Assembly: GCA_963802945.1 (NCBI GenBank)
Contig: CAWDKY010000028.1
Location: 96,001 to 160,000 of the forward strand
DNA: 64,000 bases
Source of the DNA: an uncultured delta proteobacterium
GTDB taxonomy: Bacteria; Desulfobacterota; RBG-13-43-22
Reading direction: 5' to 3'
The position numbers were made by a program, and so were the translations under genes. The number at the start of each line of letters is the position of its first letter. Within the stretch, counting starts at the first letter, position 1. Under the pieces are notes generated by a model, which searched no databases, was not told the origin of the DNA, and saw only the letters and a list, made by a program, of their open reading frames with translations. Positions 42,526 through 52,760 of the stretch are shown in pieces.

Positions 42526-42750
42526 TCAGGCCGCTTCTACACTGGCCACTTCCGGAATCTGTTGTTTGAGGTATTTCTCAATGCCCATTTTAAGGGTCAT
42601 CTGGGACATAGGACAGCCCCCGCAGGCCCCTGTCAGACGAACCTTAACCTGCCCGGCGTCATTAACATCCACCAATTCCACGTCTCCCCCATCTGCTTGG
42701 AGTTGAGGTCGGATTTTATTTAACGCTTCTTGAATTTGTTCCTTGGTCAT
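42526..42750 (-). CDS. NifU/Nfu-domain Fe-S carrier
   Basis: [15 protein letters not shown]...GACGGCPMS. Confidence 0.92.
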   Translation of the reverse strand: MTKEQIQEALNKIRPQLQADGGDVELVDVNDAGQVKVRLTGACGGCPMSQMTLKMGIEKYLKQQIPEVASVEAA

Positions 42751-43004
42751 AGGTGTTCTCCTTAATCTTCTTTAATCCTGATATTCAGCCAGTATACCTT
42801 AGCTAACATACTCTAAGATAAAATTTACGTTCATTATAGCAAACATTGCGTCAATCCACAACCCGAAATCAATAAACGTAAATCTTTCCCCCCCTACCCT
42901 TCTTTTTTCTCTATTAGATCATTATTTCCTTCAGGCTGTAAGCTCATCCTTGCCATTTTTCATAATCCTTCCACCCTGCAAGGTACGTAGCGATGAAGCG
43001 GGGT

Positions 43005-43142
43005 TCCCAGCAGAAATACCCTTGACTGCGAACATTACCCTTATCCCCTTTGACCTTAAATGAGGCGATTGCCTTCCACTTCACCTTCCAGGCCGCAATT
43101 CTGAGCGCGAAGGACACAACTGGTCTTATATTGTGTTCCCAT
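43005..43142 (-). pseudogene. Eroded 5' fragment of a molybdopterin oxidoreductase (Fe4S4 domain)
   Basis: MGTQYKTSCVLRAQNCGLEGEVEGNRLI, then after a frameshift KVKGDKGNVRSQGYFC; no downstream gene body. Confidence 0.55.
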
Positions 43143-43184
43143 AATTCTTTCCTATCTCCATTAATTTTTATATCTTATACTCCA

Positions 43185-43770
43185 TCAGATTTCGATGGAT
43201 TGTGGACTACCTAAAAATGAATATTTTACAATATGGAGAAAAATAAAAAATCCTAAAACCGCTATAAATAAAAGGAACAAGAAGAAAATGAACCCAATAT
43301 ACCAGACCCAGCGATTGACTCCGCCCAGTTCGGACAGGGAAAGGGCTATAGGGGTTGTCCCTCGGCGAGATTTGTATTCCAGAATTTTTTTTCTGCTATG
43401 CAAATAATAAAGATAATTGCCGACGATTCCCCAACCGATCATAGTCAGCGGTAAGGCCACCGGAGTAAAGGCGATAAAAAAGGCCAATGAGGCCCAAAGA
43501 TACATTTTTCTGTAGAGCATCCATATAAATCCCAGGAAGAAAGCCGACCAGCTCCAGGTAACCGCGAAACTGGTTGTCCCCTTGTCCCAAAAAGAACGGA
43601 ATTTGTTCAAATAGTAATCGGCCTTGTTCCCGATAAAAGCCCTGAACTCTTCTTCAATAATCGTTTCATTCGAGGGACCGATCACAAAAGGAGCGATCTC
43701 TTTTCCACAGTGGGGACAAAAGACACTTCCCATTTCCGTGGCTTTACCACAATGCCGGGCAGAAAGGCAT
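43185..43770 (-). CDS. Zinc-ribbon plus DUF2628-like membrane protein (probable frameshift near the start)
   Basis: GGAGG RBS before ATG 43770 (MPFCP..HCG); FCPHCG; WSWSAFFLGFIWMLYRKMY. Confidence 0.75.
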
Positions 43771-43803
43771 TTTCCTCCTCCTAAATCCCGGTAATCTGTG
43801 CCT

Positions 43804-44461
43804 TCACTTCTTGGGATACCCTACCGATTGGGCCAGAGCAATCTTCTGGTCCGGTCGAAGTAGCAGGGCCTTAGCCAGAGCTGGTTTGTCAATGGAGGCC
43901 CGCACACCGGTAGCCAATCCTTCCGAAGCACAAAAAAGATACACATTCTGGACGATCACACCCGTGTCGGCAGCTGAATAAAACTCTTTATCTTCATTAG
44001 AGGCTTTGCCCATTCTTCGAAAAATCCGCCACATAAACAAGATTAACGGAGGCCTCCTTGACGAACGACTGGCGGCCGGTCATCCCTCGGATATCTCCCT
44101 TACTGACTGGTTGTAAAAGGTGATTTTTAGCATCATATAGATAGACACCTTCAGGGAGGACCACATAAAGTTCAATTTCCTGCCAGTTCACGGCCGAGGG
44201 GGCGGTACGTTTTCCTGAATCCGGCCTGTTGATTCCAAAGGCCGCCCAAAGCAGATTGGAAAGCATTTGAAGGGGTGGTTTCTCCGGACTGAAGGCCCGG
44301 TCAGTCTTCCGATCTTTCAATGCCTGCATCAAGGGGCGACCGCCATCGGTTTGGGGTTTCAATAGTTGGATCGGATTGAGCTCCTGGGCGTAAGTTATAA
44401 GGGGAAAGATAAACATCAGGGTCAAGACCAACGCAATGGTTTTTAAGCCTCTTTTTTTCAT
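43804..44461 (-). CDS. Exported nitroreductase/SagB-family protein (frameshift near 44020)
   Basis: Signal peptide; RKTDRAF, LLWAAFGINR, RTAPSA; QNVYLFCASEGL...VGYP in the second ORF. Confidence 0.85.
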
Positions 44462-44699
44462 GATCGTTTTCCTTTGAAATATTAATAAAGATTATTCGAC
44501 TGCCAATATTTATTTATAATATCTCAATTTAAAAGAAAATGTTATAAAAAATATATTGCTTGCAAATCCGGCTGATGGTAATTATTTTTCTTATAAAAAA
44601 AAGTATCAGGTAGGTTTAAAAGGTCTTCTTATTCATTTCAGGGAAGACCGAAGCAGTATCTTAATCCAGTAAAATCTTTCAGAGAAATCGGAGGGCATC

Positions 44700-45312
44700 A
44701 TGATCGTTAAGCAAATACCCATAGGGGCTTGGGATGTTTTCAGTTACCTTATCGGAGATGAGAAAACAGGGGAGGCCATGGTTATCGATCCGGGCGGGGA
44801 CGTGGACCTCATAGTGGCCAAAGCCAAGGACGAAAATCTGAATATCAAATACATTTTTAACACCCATTCCCACGGGGACCATACCTCCGGCAATGCAGCC
44901 TTGAAAAAATTGACCGGAGCCAAAATCGTTATGCATGCCCTGGAGGACAATTTAGTTAGAGGAGAGTGCAAAGGCGGACATTCGATTGAAAGATGAAAAA
45001 ACATTCAAGCTGGGTGAAATAACCTTTCAGGTTTTCCATACTCCGGGTCACTCCCCGGGCGGGCTTTGCCTCTACGCTGAAGGGCAGCTGTTTACCGGCG
45101 ATACGCTCTTTGTGGGAGACAGCGGCCGTACGGATCTGGCCGGTGGAAATCGCCTCGCCCTGGGCGCTTCCATACGCAGACTTATGGAACTTTCGGAAGA
45201 CACGGTTGTTTGGCCCGGTCATGATTACGGGCCGACTCCCAGCTCCACATTGGGTTGGGAAAAGAGAAACAACGTCAACGCCAGGGAATACGGGTATTAT
45301 GTGAAAGACTGA
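44700..45312 (+). CDS. Metallo-beta-lactamase-fold hydrolase, glyoxalase II-like (frameshift near 44960)
   Basis: THSHGDH, HTPGHSPG, FTGDTLF, PGHDY. Confidence 0.88.
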
Positions 45313-45324
45313 TAACCCCCGGTA

Positions 45325-46422
45325 TCAGGAGTTGAACTCTCGGCCGGCGCGTTTATTGACCGCACAAATGGGGTCGTCAGGATTCCATTTGCCGCTCTGC
45401 ATGGGTTTAAAACAGGCATTGCATGATTTGCAGAGCAGAATCGCGTCGGCCTTCCCTTCCTTCACTTTTTTCGGCCAGTACGGATCGGCGACCAACTGCC
45501 GGGCAATGCCAATAAGGTCGGCTCTTCCTTCTTGCAAAATCGATTTAGCCACTTCCGGCAGGTTGATCCGTCCCACGGCCATTACAGGAACAGAAACGAA
45601 TTTTTTTATGGCCTCAGCCAGATAGACAAAAGTACCCATCTTGGCCTGTTTCATGGGTGAGGCCTTCCGACCGACCGGAAGACCTATCGAGACATCAAAG
45701 ACATCGACCCCTGCCCTTTCAAGTTCCACAGCAAAAGATTGACTTTCTTTAATCGTGATACCGCCGGGTCTTTTTTCTTCTGCTCCGATTCGATAGAAGA
45801 TAGGGAACTCTTTGCCAACAGTCCCTCTTATGGATTCGACTATCTCGAGACTAAAGTGCATGCGTTTATGAAGATCACCGCCGTACTCATCCGTTCGTTT
45901 ATTGTCCGCTCCTGAAAAAAATTGACAGGGCAGATAACCATGGGCACCGTGCACTTCAACAAAATCAAACCCTGCTTCTTTGGCCACCCCGGATGCTGCC
46001 CCGAATTTGTGAATAATGGATCTTATTTCATCCTGGGTCAGTGCCCGCTTATTGTCTATGGCCGAAGGGGCTGTCAGTTGTGCCCCGGGAACCATCAATG
46101 AGCCGTCCCCCGCAGGCAACTGGTTTCCATGCCAAATTTGGATGCCTATCTTAGCACCGGCATTCCTGATTTCTTCGTTAAAGGACTGCATGCTTTCTAT
46201 AAAGCGCCGCACCCCATCCTGCCGACCCCAAGCCTGGTCGTCGATAAAGAGATCCACCGAAGTCGCACACATGATGATGGCCCCGGCGCCTCCCTTGGCC
46301 CGCTCCAAATAAAAGGCGCGGGCTCGCTGGTTTTTTAAGCCCAACAACAGTTGCATGGGCGGCATGACGATACGATTTTTTAACGTCATGCCTCTTATGG
46401 TTATGGGTTCAAACAATTTCAT
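45325..46422 (-). CDS. NADH:flavin oxidoreductase (Old Yellow Enzyme family)
   Basis: LKNRIVMPPM, GFDFVEVHGAHGYL, NKRTDEYGG, CKSCNAC. Confidence 0.9.
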   Translation of the reverse strand: MKLFEPITIRGMTLKNRIVMPPMQLLLGLKNQRARAFYLERAKGGAGAIIMCATSVDLFIDDQAWGRQDGVRRFIESMQSFNEEIRNAGAKIGIQIWHGNQLPAGDGSLMVPGAQLTAPSAIDNKRALTQDEIRSIIHKFGAASGVAKEAGFDFVEVHGAHGYLPCQFFSGADNKRTDEYGGDLHKRMHFSLEIVESIRGTVGKEFPIFYRIGAEEKRPGGITIKESQSFAVELERAGVDVFDVSIGLPVGRKASPMKQAKMGTFVYLAEAIKKFVSVPVMAVGRINLPEVAKSILQEGRADLIGIARQLVADPYWPKKVKEGKADAILLCKSCNACFKPMQSGKWNPDDPICAVNKRAGREFNS

Positions 46423-46435
46423 TGACGAATTCCTT

Positions 46436-47578
46436 TCAATCCTTTTCTTGTTTTTCCCCGATCCGTTCCAAAAACTTCTTTTGACGTGTTCGGTCCCATC
46501 GGGAACAAAAGATCGGTTTGCCGCCGGCTAAACGGTTCATACACAATGAGCAGGTGGGTTCACAGGAAACAATCGGCTCGAGCACTGTTCCCTGGGCCTT
46601 CCTAACCCAAAGAGGATCAGTAAATAAGACTCTGGCCAGACCGACCAGATCGGCCTGTTTTTCTTCGATTATGCGATTGGCGAATTCCGGAGTTTTTATC
46701 CTTCCGGCAGTGATTATCGGCATCTGGGGGACCGCTTCTTTTATCTGCCGGGCAAAAGGGACCATATAGCCTTCCTTCTTTTCTGCCTCAACACATTCAG
46801 GAATAAAAAAGGAGTCATAAGTGCCGGCCATGACCGAGAGATAAGCCAACCCGCGCTTTTCAAGTTCCTTGGAATAAAGGGCCGTTTCTTCTAAATGCAG
46901 CCCATCAGGCAGCCATTCATCGGCCAGAAAACGATAGCCTACTGGGAAATCCGGACCCACAGCCTTTAAAACCTCATCAACCACTCTCAGGGGGAAACGC
47001 ATCCGGTTTTCCAGAGATCCACCATAGGCATCAATCCGTTTGTTGATTCTGGGCGACAAAAACTGGACGATCAGATACCCGGTCCCGCCATGAAGTTCTA
47101 CACCATCAAAGCCGACTTCTTTGACCCTGCGAGCCGATGTAGCAAAGGCCTCGATGGTCCGCTCGATATCATCCTCGGTCATTTCCCGGGGAACGGTCCC
47201 CCAAGTATCGACTGGTGAAGGGGCTATTTTCTCAGGTAGATAAGCATAGCGTCCGGTATGGTTAAGCTGGAGAATAGCTAAGGCCCCTTGCTGATGAATG
47301 GTTTTGGCCAGGCCGGAAAGACCGAGGAGAAACCGCTTCTCATCGATGCGCAGCGTAAAGGGGGATCCCAGGCCAATGGGATCAACACCCACATTTTCCA
47401 CAACGATCATAGAGACCCCTGAGGAGGCCATTTCCTGGTAATGATCCAGGACTAAGGAATTAACTGTGCCGTCCGGATTGGCATAACCGAGGAATAAGGG
47501 AGCCATGGTGATCCGATTTTTTAAGGTCAGGTTTTTTATTTGCAAAGGGGAAAACAGGGATGGATATTTGATACTCAT
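46436..47578 (-). CDS. NADH:flavin oxidoreductase (Old Yellow Enzyme family)
   Basis: LKNRITMAP, GFDGVELHGGTGYL, NKRIDAYGGSLENR, C-terminal Cys cluster. Confidence 0.88.
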   Translation of the reverse strand: MSIKYPSLFSPLQIKNLTLKNRITMAPLFLGYANPDGTVNSLVLDHYQEMASSGVSMIVVENVGVDPIGLGSPFTLRIDEKRFLLGLSGLAKTIHQQGALAILQLNHTGRYAYLPEKIAPSPVDTWGTVPREMTEDDIERTIEAFATSARRVKEVGFDGVELHGGTGYLIVQFLSPRINKRIDAYGGSLENRMRFPLRVVDEVLKAVGPDFPVGYRFLADEWLPDGLHLEETALYSKELEKRGLAYLSVMAGTYDSFFIPECVEAEKKEGYMVPFARQIKEAVPQMPIITAGRIKTPEFANRIIEEKQADLVGLARVLFTDPLWVRKAQGTVLEPIVSCEPTCSLCMNRLAGGKPIFCSRWDRTRQKKFLERIGEKQEKD

Positions 47579-47674
47579 AGGTCTCTCCTTTCAGATTTGT
47601 TAGCTCAAGACAAAAATTGAAATCCTTTTCTTCAACTTTTTAACTTTGAGTTTTGAATTTTGGCTATCCTTAGA

Positions 47675-48643
47675 TTAAGGAGCCTTGTATTCATTTAGAT
47701 AGAGGGTAATAATCTGTTCACTTAAGCTGTAGGGATCCGATTTTTTATTAACCAGTTCCTGGATAAACTCCTCCCATTGACCAGTGCACGTCAGATTTTC
47801 CATAACAGTCTGAACAACATCCTGTTTAACCAGGTCAAAGAGTTCCATACGGGCTCGGTCATGTTGAAACTTTTTTAAATAGGCCGCATCTTTTTGAAAA
47901 AGAAAGGTTCGATGTTCCTCGATACCGGCCATCAATTCATTAATTCCTTCATTTTTTACCGCTTCAGTCGCATAGATGATCGGTTTCCAATCCCCTTTTA
48001 ATTTACGGGCTTTATCCATCTCGATCATCATCTGAAGTTCTTGACGAGTTTTATCGGCCCCTTCCCGCTCACATTTGTTGATGACAAAGATATCTCCGGC
48101 CTCCAGGATACCAGCCTTGATGGCTTGAATATCGTCACCCATACCCGGTATGAGGACAATCAGGGTGGTATGAGCGGCCCGGACGATTTCGATCTCGTCC
48201 TGTCCGACCCCAACGGTCTCCACCAGGATATAATCCTTGCCCGTGGCATCCAGAACAGCGATTGCCCCGCGGGTCGAAGGTGTGAGGCCGCCGAAATGGC
48301 CGCGTGTGGCCAGACTGCGGATAAAGACCCCCTCATCGGTGCTGTGCCTCTGCATGCGTATGCGGTCTCCAAGGATGGCCCCACCACTGAACGGGCTGGT
48401 GGGGTCCACGGCCAAGACCCCGACCGTTTTCCCTCGGGCGCGCAGAACCTGGATCATGCAATCCACCAGGGTACTTTTTCCCACGCCGGGTGAACCGGTA
48501 ACCCCAATAACATAGGCCCGGCCAGTATGAGCGTAAAGTTTTTTTAAGATTTTTCTGGCTTCAGGCTGGCCATCGTCGATGTCGCGGATCAACCGGGCTA
48601 CGGCCCGAAGGTCTCCGTTCAAAATTTTTTGCGTCCGGCCCAT
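47675..48643 (-). CDS. meaB: Methylmalonyl-CoA mutase-associated GTPase MeaB/ArgK
   Basis: GSPGVGKST, AVDPTSPFSGGAILGDRIRM, ETVGVGQDE, INK. Confidence 0.93.
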   Translation of the reverse strand: MGRTQKILNGDLRAVARLIRDIDDGQPEARKILKKLYAHTGRAYVIGVTGSPGVGKSTLVDCMIQVLRARGKTVGVLAVDPTSPFSGGAILGDRIRMQRHSTDEGVFIRSLATRGHFGGLTPSTRGAIAVLDATGKDYILVETVGVGQDEIEIVRAAHTTLIVLIPGMGDDIQAIKAGILEAGDIFVINKCEREGADKTRQELQMMIEMDKARKLKGDWKPIIYATEAVKNEGINELMAGIEEHRTFLFQKDAAYLKKFQHDRARMELFDLVKQDVVQTVMENLTCTGQWEEFIQELVNKKSDPYSLSEQIITLYLNEYKAP

Positions 48644-49331
48644 ACTTACTGAAACAGTTCCCTTTCCGTTGAAGCTGGGGGTTTTCTACAATTCCTTTTA
48701 GAAGCGAAAAAAGCAGATATCGTCTAAATTCTATTTATTTTGTTAAACATGAAGTTATAATTTTGAACCATTTCACTCGAATCTTTAGCCTCTTGAATTC
48801 AGGTTTTAATGCTACCCCATTCTTCTTTTTTTTCAATAGATATTTTACTTTAATAATACATGATTTCTGAAGGGTGTAGTTTTCATCTGACAAATTCAAG
48901 GATGGCGCCCTGTTAGTTTCCAAATTATTTATATCTTTTTTTAATCTGATAGGTGGAAAACGACTATCGGTTGCTGCCTAGTGAATAGGGTCTGAAAAAA
49001 CGAGACATGAGGCCCTAGACTGGTTTCTGTGCCGGAAGGACATGTCTTCCTCTGGGAGTCAGGAGCCGGAACACACCAAAATGATCGCTCAGCAGGGGAT
49101 AAAACGTAAGGAAGTCAATAAAAAAAACATGAAATGTCGTGCCGATAGCTTCCTGTTTCCAACCGTTCCCTATCGACCAGGTTGTCCTTGTATTTTAACA
49201 ATATTGCTCTGGAATTTTATGAATTTGCTTGATTTATTATCTGAATTTGATTAGTAATAATTTTTAGTACTACTGGTACAAGATCAGATTTTTCTGGCAT
49301 AACCAACAAAAAAAGTAAAGGAGAATGTATT

Positions 49332-50543
49332 ATGGCACAAAGAGAAGTTGTTATAGTTGAAGGGGCCCGGACAGCTTTCGGTCGTTTGGGTGGAACCCTT
49401 AGGGACATTGGCGCCTCAAAACTGGCCGGAATTGGTATCAAAGGTCTGGCAGAAAAGGCAAAAATAAAAGAGAAGGGGGTTGTGGTCGACAGCGTATTTT
49501 TAGGCAGTGCCGCTCATTGCTCGATTGCCATGAACCCGGCCCGCTGGGCCTTGCTGGATGCCGGATTGGGCTATGAAGTTACGGCCTCTTATATTGAAAT
49601 GCAATGCGGTTCGGCCATTGATTCCATCAACCATGCTGCCTGGAAAATCCTGGCCAATCAGGCCGACGTGGTTATTGCCGGAGGTATGGAGTCCTACAGC
49701 CAGCTGCCCGCCAAGTTTTCCATGTCCACCCCCCCCTATAAACTGACTCCACCCATGCCTATTCGACTGCTGCTTTCGCCGGTCATGGAGGAAAACCTGG
49801 GCATGGGTATTACCGCGGAAAACCTGCAGGCCATGTATAATATTCCCCGCGAGGCCTCCGATGAATTTGCTTATAACAGCCAGATGCGGGCCAAAGCGGC
49901 CATGGATGCGGGTAAATTTATTGAAGAGATTGTCCCGGTCGTCTTCCCGGCTACGCGAAAAACACCGGAAGTCGTTTTTAAGGTGGATGAACACGTCCGT
50001 CCGGAATCCAAATTGGAAGTCATGCTTAAGCTGCCCCCGGCCTTTAAAGAAGGCGGGACGGTAACCGCAGGCAATTCCTCCGGGCAGAACGACGGGTCGG
50101 CTTTTGTGCTCATCATGAGCGCGGAGAAGGCCAAGGAATACGGTTATCAGCCCTATGCTAAGTGGCTGGCCGGTGCCGAAGCCGGCGTTGATCCAAAGAT
50201 CATGGGTATCGCCCCGGCCTATGCCGTTCCGAAGGCCTTAAAACGAGCAGGACTCAAGCTTTCCGATATGGATATAATGGAATGTAATGAGGCTTTTGCC
50301 GTTCAGAATCTGGCCGTAATCAAAGAACTTGAGAAGCAGACCGGCTCCAAGGTCGACATGAGCAAATGGAACCCTCTAGGAGGGGCGATTGCCTTCGGGC
50401 ATCCCAATGGGGCATCCGGAGCCCGTATATGCATGTTTGCCATGAAGGAAATGGCCCGAAGGGGTGGGAAATATGCTTTCTTTTCTTCCTGCTGCGGCGG
50501 CGGACTCGGCGTGGCGTCGGTTATTGAAAACTTAAGGCGATAG
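49332..50543 (+). CDS. Thiolase (acetyl-CoA C-acyltransferase)
   Basis: MQCGS, NEAF, GHPNGASG, CGGG catalytic motifs. Confidence 0.93.
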   Translation: MAQREVVIVEGARTAFGRLGGTLRDIGASKLAGIGIKGLAEKAKIKEKGVVVDSVFLGSAAHCSIAMNPARWALLDAGLGYEVTASYIEMQCGSAIDSINHAAWKILANQADVVIAGGMESYSQLPAKFSMSTPPYKLTPPMPIRLLLSPVMEENLGMGITAENLQAMYNIPREASDEFAYNSQMRAKAAMDAGKFIEEIVPVVFPATRKTPEVVFKVDEHVRPESKLEVMLKLPPAFKEGGTVTAGNSSGQNDGSAFVLIMSAEKAKEYGYQPYAKWLAGAEAGVDPKIMGIAPAYAVPKALKRAGLKLSDMDIMECNEAFAVQNLAVIKELEKQTGSKVDMSKWNPLGGAIAFGHPNGASGARICMFAMKEMARRGGKYAFFSSCCGGGLGVASVIENLRR

Positions 50544-50704
50544 GGTTTCGTCAAAACCTCAGATTTTTTTAGGCGGTTTTTTTGTGGCGTGGAAATTAAT
50601 AAACCGCGAGATAAAAGTCGAGGAGTCTAGAAGTTAAGAGAAGTCAGGACCATCAGCAACGCCGGTGGTCCTGACTTGTTTCTTATTGATCGTTGTCGCC
50701 TCTT

Positions 50705-51469
50705 TTAAGTCTCTTTCCAGACCGCTTTTCTCTTTTCCAAAAAGGCCTTCAAGCCTTCTTCGGCATCCTGGGTTTTCATTAATTCCTGAAGATAGATTTT
50801 TTCGATTTCTTTCAATCCCAGGGAAGAAGGGTCCATCAAGCCGGCACGAAAGGCTTTTTTGGTCAAAAACATGATCAAACCACTTAGCGATAAAAGTTTT
50901 TCGCAGAATTTTTCCAGCTCCAATTCCAGGGTTTCAATGGACACCACTTTATTGATCAGCCCTAAAGACAAGGCATGCTGAGCATTGATCGTTTCTCCCG
51001 TCAGGATCAATTCCAGGGCTTTTTTCCTGTTTATGATTCGGGGGAAAATCAAAGCGGCTATGGGCGGGAAAACCCCTACCTGAATTTCAGGTTGTCCGAA
51101 TTTGGCCTTTTCCGAGGCCAGGACCAGATCACAATATAGGGCTAACTCACACCCGCCTCCCATGGCCGCACCCTGCACCGAGGCTATAGAAACAGCAGGC
51201 AGGGCATCCATCCGCCTGAAGATCCCATGAAAGACCTCGATCATCTCTTCTACTTGGTCCCCGAGATGTTCCCCAACATCCACCCCGGCGGAAAAGGCCC
51301 TGCCCTTGGCCTTGAAAAGAAGCAGCTTGATTTTCTCTCCTTTTAAAGAATCCAGGGCCTGATTGATTTCTTTCATCATGGCGATATTTAGAACATTAAG
51401 GGGTTCCCGGTTTAAGATAATCGTGGCCAATCCTTCTTTTAATTCTGTTTGGATGTGTTGATAGTTCAT
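50705..51469 (-). CDS. Enoyl-CoA hydratase (resembles cyclohexa-1,5-diene-1-carbonyl-CoA hydratase)
   Basis: PLNVLN, FSAGVDVGEH, GGGCEL, GQPEIQVGVFPP, EGLKAFLEKR. Confidence 0.85.
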   Translation of the reverse strand: MNYQHIQTELKEGLATIILNREPLNVLNIAMMKEINQALDSLKGEKIKLLLFKAKGRAFSAGVDVGEHLGDQVEEMIEVFHGIFRRMDALPAVSIASVQGAAMGGGCELALYCDLVLASEKAKFGQPEIQVGVFPPIAALIFPRIINRKKALELILTGETINAQHALSLGLINKVVSIETLELELEKFCEKLLSLSGLIMFLTKKAFRAGLMDPSSLGLKEIEKIYLQELMKTQDAEEGLKAFLEKRKAVWKET

Positions 51470-51537
51470 TTATCCCCCCTTAATTAAAAGTGACGTTTAG
51501 TACCATTTGAATTTTAAAAAACTTTCTGGAAAAAATG

Positions 51538-51676
51538 TGATGGTTTTGAAAAAAGCTCCAGAGGCGAGGCGCGTAAATCCTGAGGAGTGAGGCGTACTAT
51601 CATGTATGCTGCAACGACAAAGGATGCCGCGGAATCCGCGAAACGCGGGACTGATGGACTTTTTACGAAGCCATCA
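51538..51676. mobile_element. MITE-like element with imperfect terminal inverted repeats
   Basis: TGATGGTTTTGAAAAAAG ... CTTTTTACGAAGCCATCA (15/18 match); non-coding; one end overlaps the prfB stop codon. Confidence 0.6.
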
Positions 51677-52760
51677 TTTGTTCTTCAACCATAAAAAGGC
51701 CTCTATAAACGGATCAATCCCTCCGTCCAGCACATCATCCACGTTGCCTATATCCAATTGACTTCGATGATCCTTAACCAACCGATATGGGGCCAGGATA
51801 TAGGAACGAATCTGGCTTCCCCAGGCGATATCGGCCTGGCCCTCGTGGATCTCCTTCTTTTTTTCTTCCTTCTTTTCCAGTTCCAAATCATAGAGCCTTG
51901 ATTTTAAAACCTTGAAGGCCATGTCTTTGTTCCGGTGTTGGGATTTCTCGTTTTGGCATTGAACGACAATGCCGGTCGGCAGATGGGTCAAACGGATAGC
52001 CGAACTGGTCTTATTGACATGTTGGCCTCCGGCCCCGCTGGCCCGGAAGGTATCCACCCGGACATCGGCTTCATTGATTGCGATCTGAATATCGTCTTCA
52101 ACTTCAGGATAGACGAAAACAGAGGCAAAGGAGGTATGGCGACGTCCCCCGGCATCAAAAGGAGAAATGCGGACCAGACGATGGATCCCGGTTTCCGAAC
52201 GCAAGTATCCGTAGGCGTATTTCCCTTCAATGGTAAAAGTTACACTTTTGAGCCCTGCTTCGTCGCCGGGCAACTGATCGATGATTTCGGTTTTAAATCC
52301 TCGTCGCTCACTCCATCGTAGGTACATGCGGAGCAGCATCTCGGCCCAGTCTTGGGCCTCGGTGCCCCCGGCACCGGCGTGAATGGCCATGATGGCAGGG
52401 CAAGCATCCTCTTCACCGGAAAGAAGTTTATTAAACTCCATTTGGGCCAGGAGTTTTTCCAGACCCTTGAGACGGTTTTGAACTTCGGACAGGGTTTCCT
52501 GGTCCTCTTCAGCCAAGGCCAGGTCAAGAAGAATCTCTGCTTCATCGAGTCGGGTTTGTGTCTGTTCCCACTCGGAAATGATCTGACTCAGTTTCCCCTT
52601 TTCTTTGAGTATCATTTTCGCCCGGTCTGGATCATCCCAGAGGGTGCTTTGCGCACTTGTTTTTTCCAGGACGGCCAGGCGTTCTCTCTTGGAGGTCAGG
52701 TCAAAGATAGTCTCTTAACTTAACCATTTTTTCTTTAAGGCGTATGATTTCTTCTTTCAT
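51674..52760 (-). CDS. prfB: Peptide chain release factor 2 with programmed +1 frameshift
   Basis: MKEEIIRLKEKMVKLRDYL then CTT TGA C at 52706-52700; the +1 frame joins the ORF with SPF and GGQ motifs. Confidence 0.96.

Noticed and set aside
45325-47578. Tandem OYE genes as a novel system
   Set aside because: Paralogous flavin oxidoreductases next to acyl-CoA metabolism genes are common in anaerobes; nothing further supports novelty
52700-52706. prfB split as a sequencing error or novelty
   Set aside because: It is the well-known programmed CTT-TGA-C +1 frameshift
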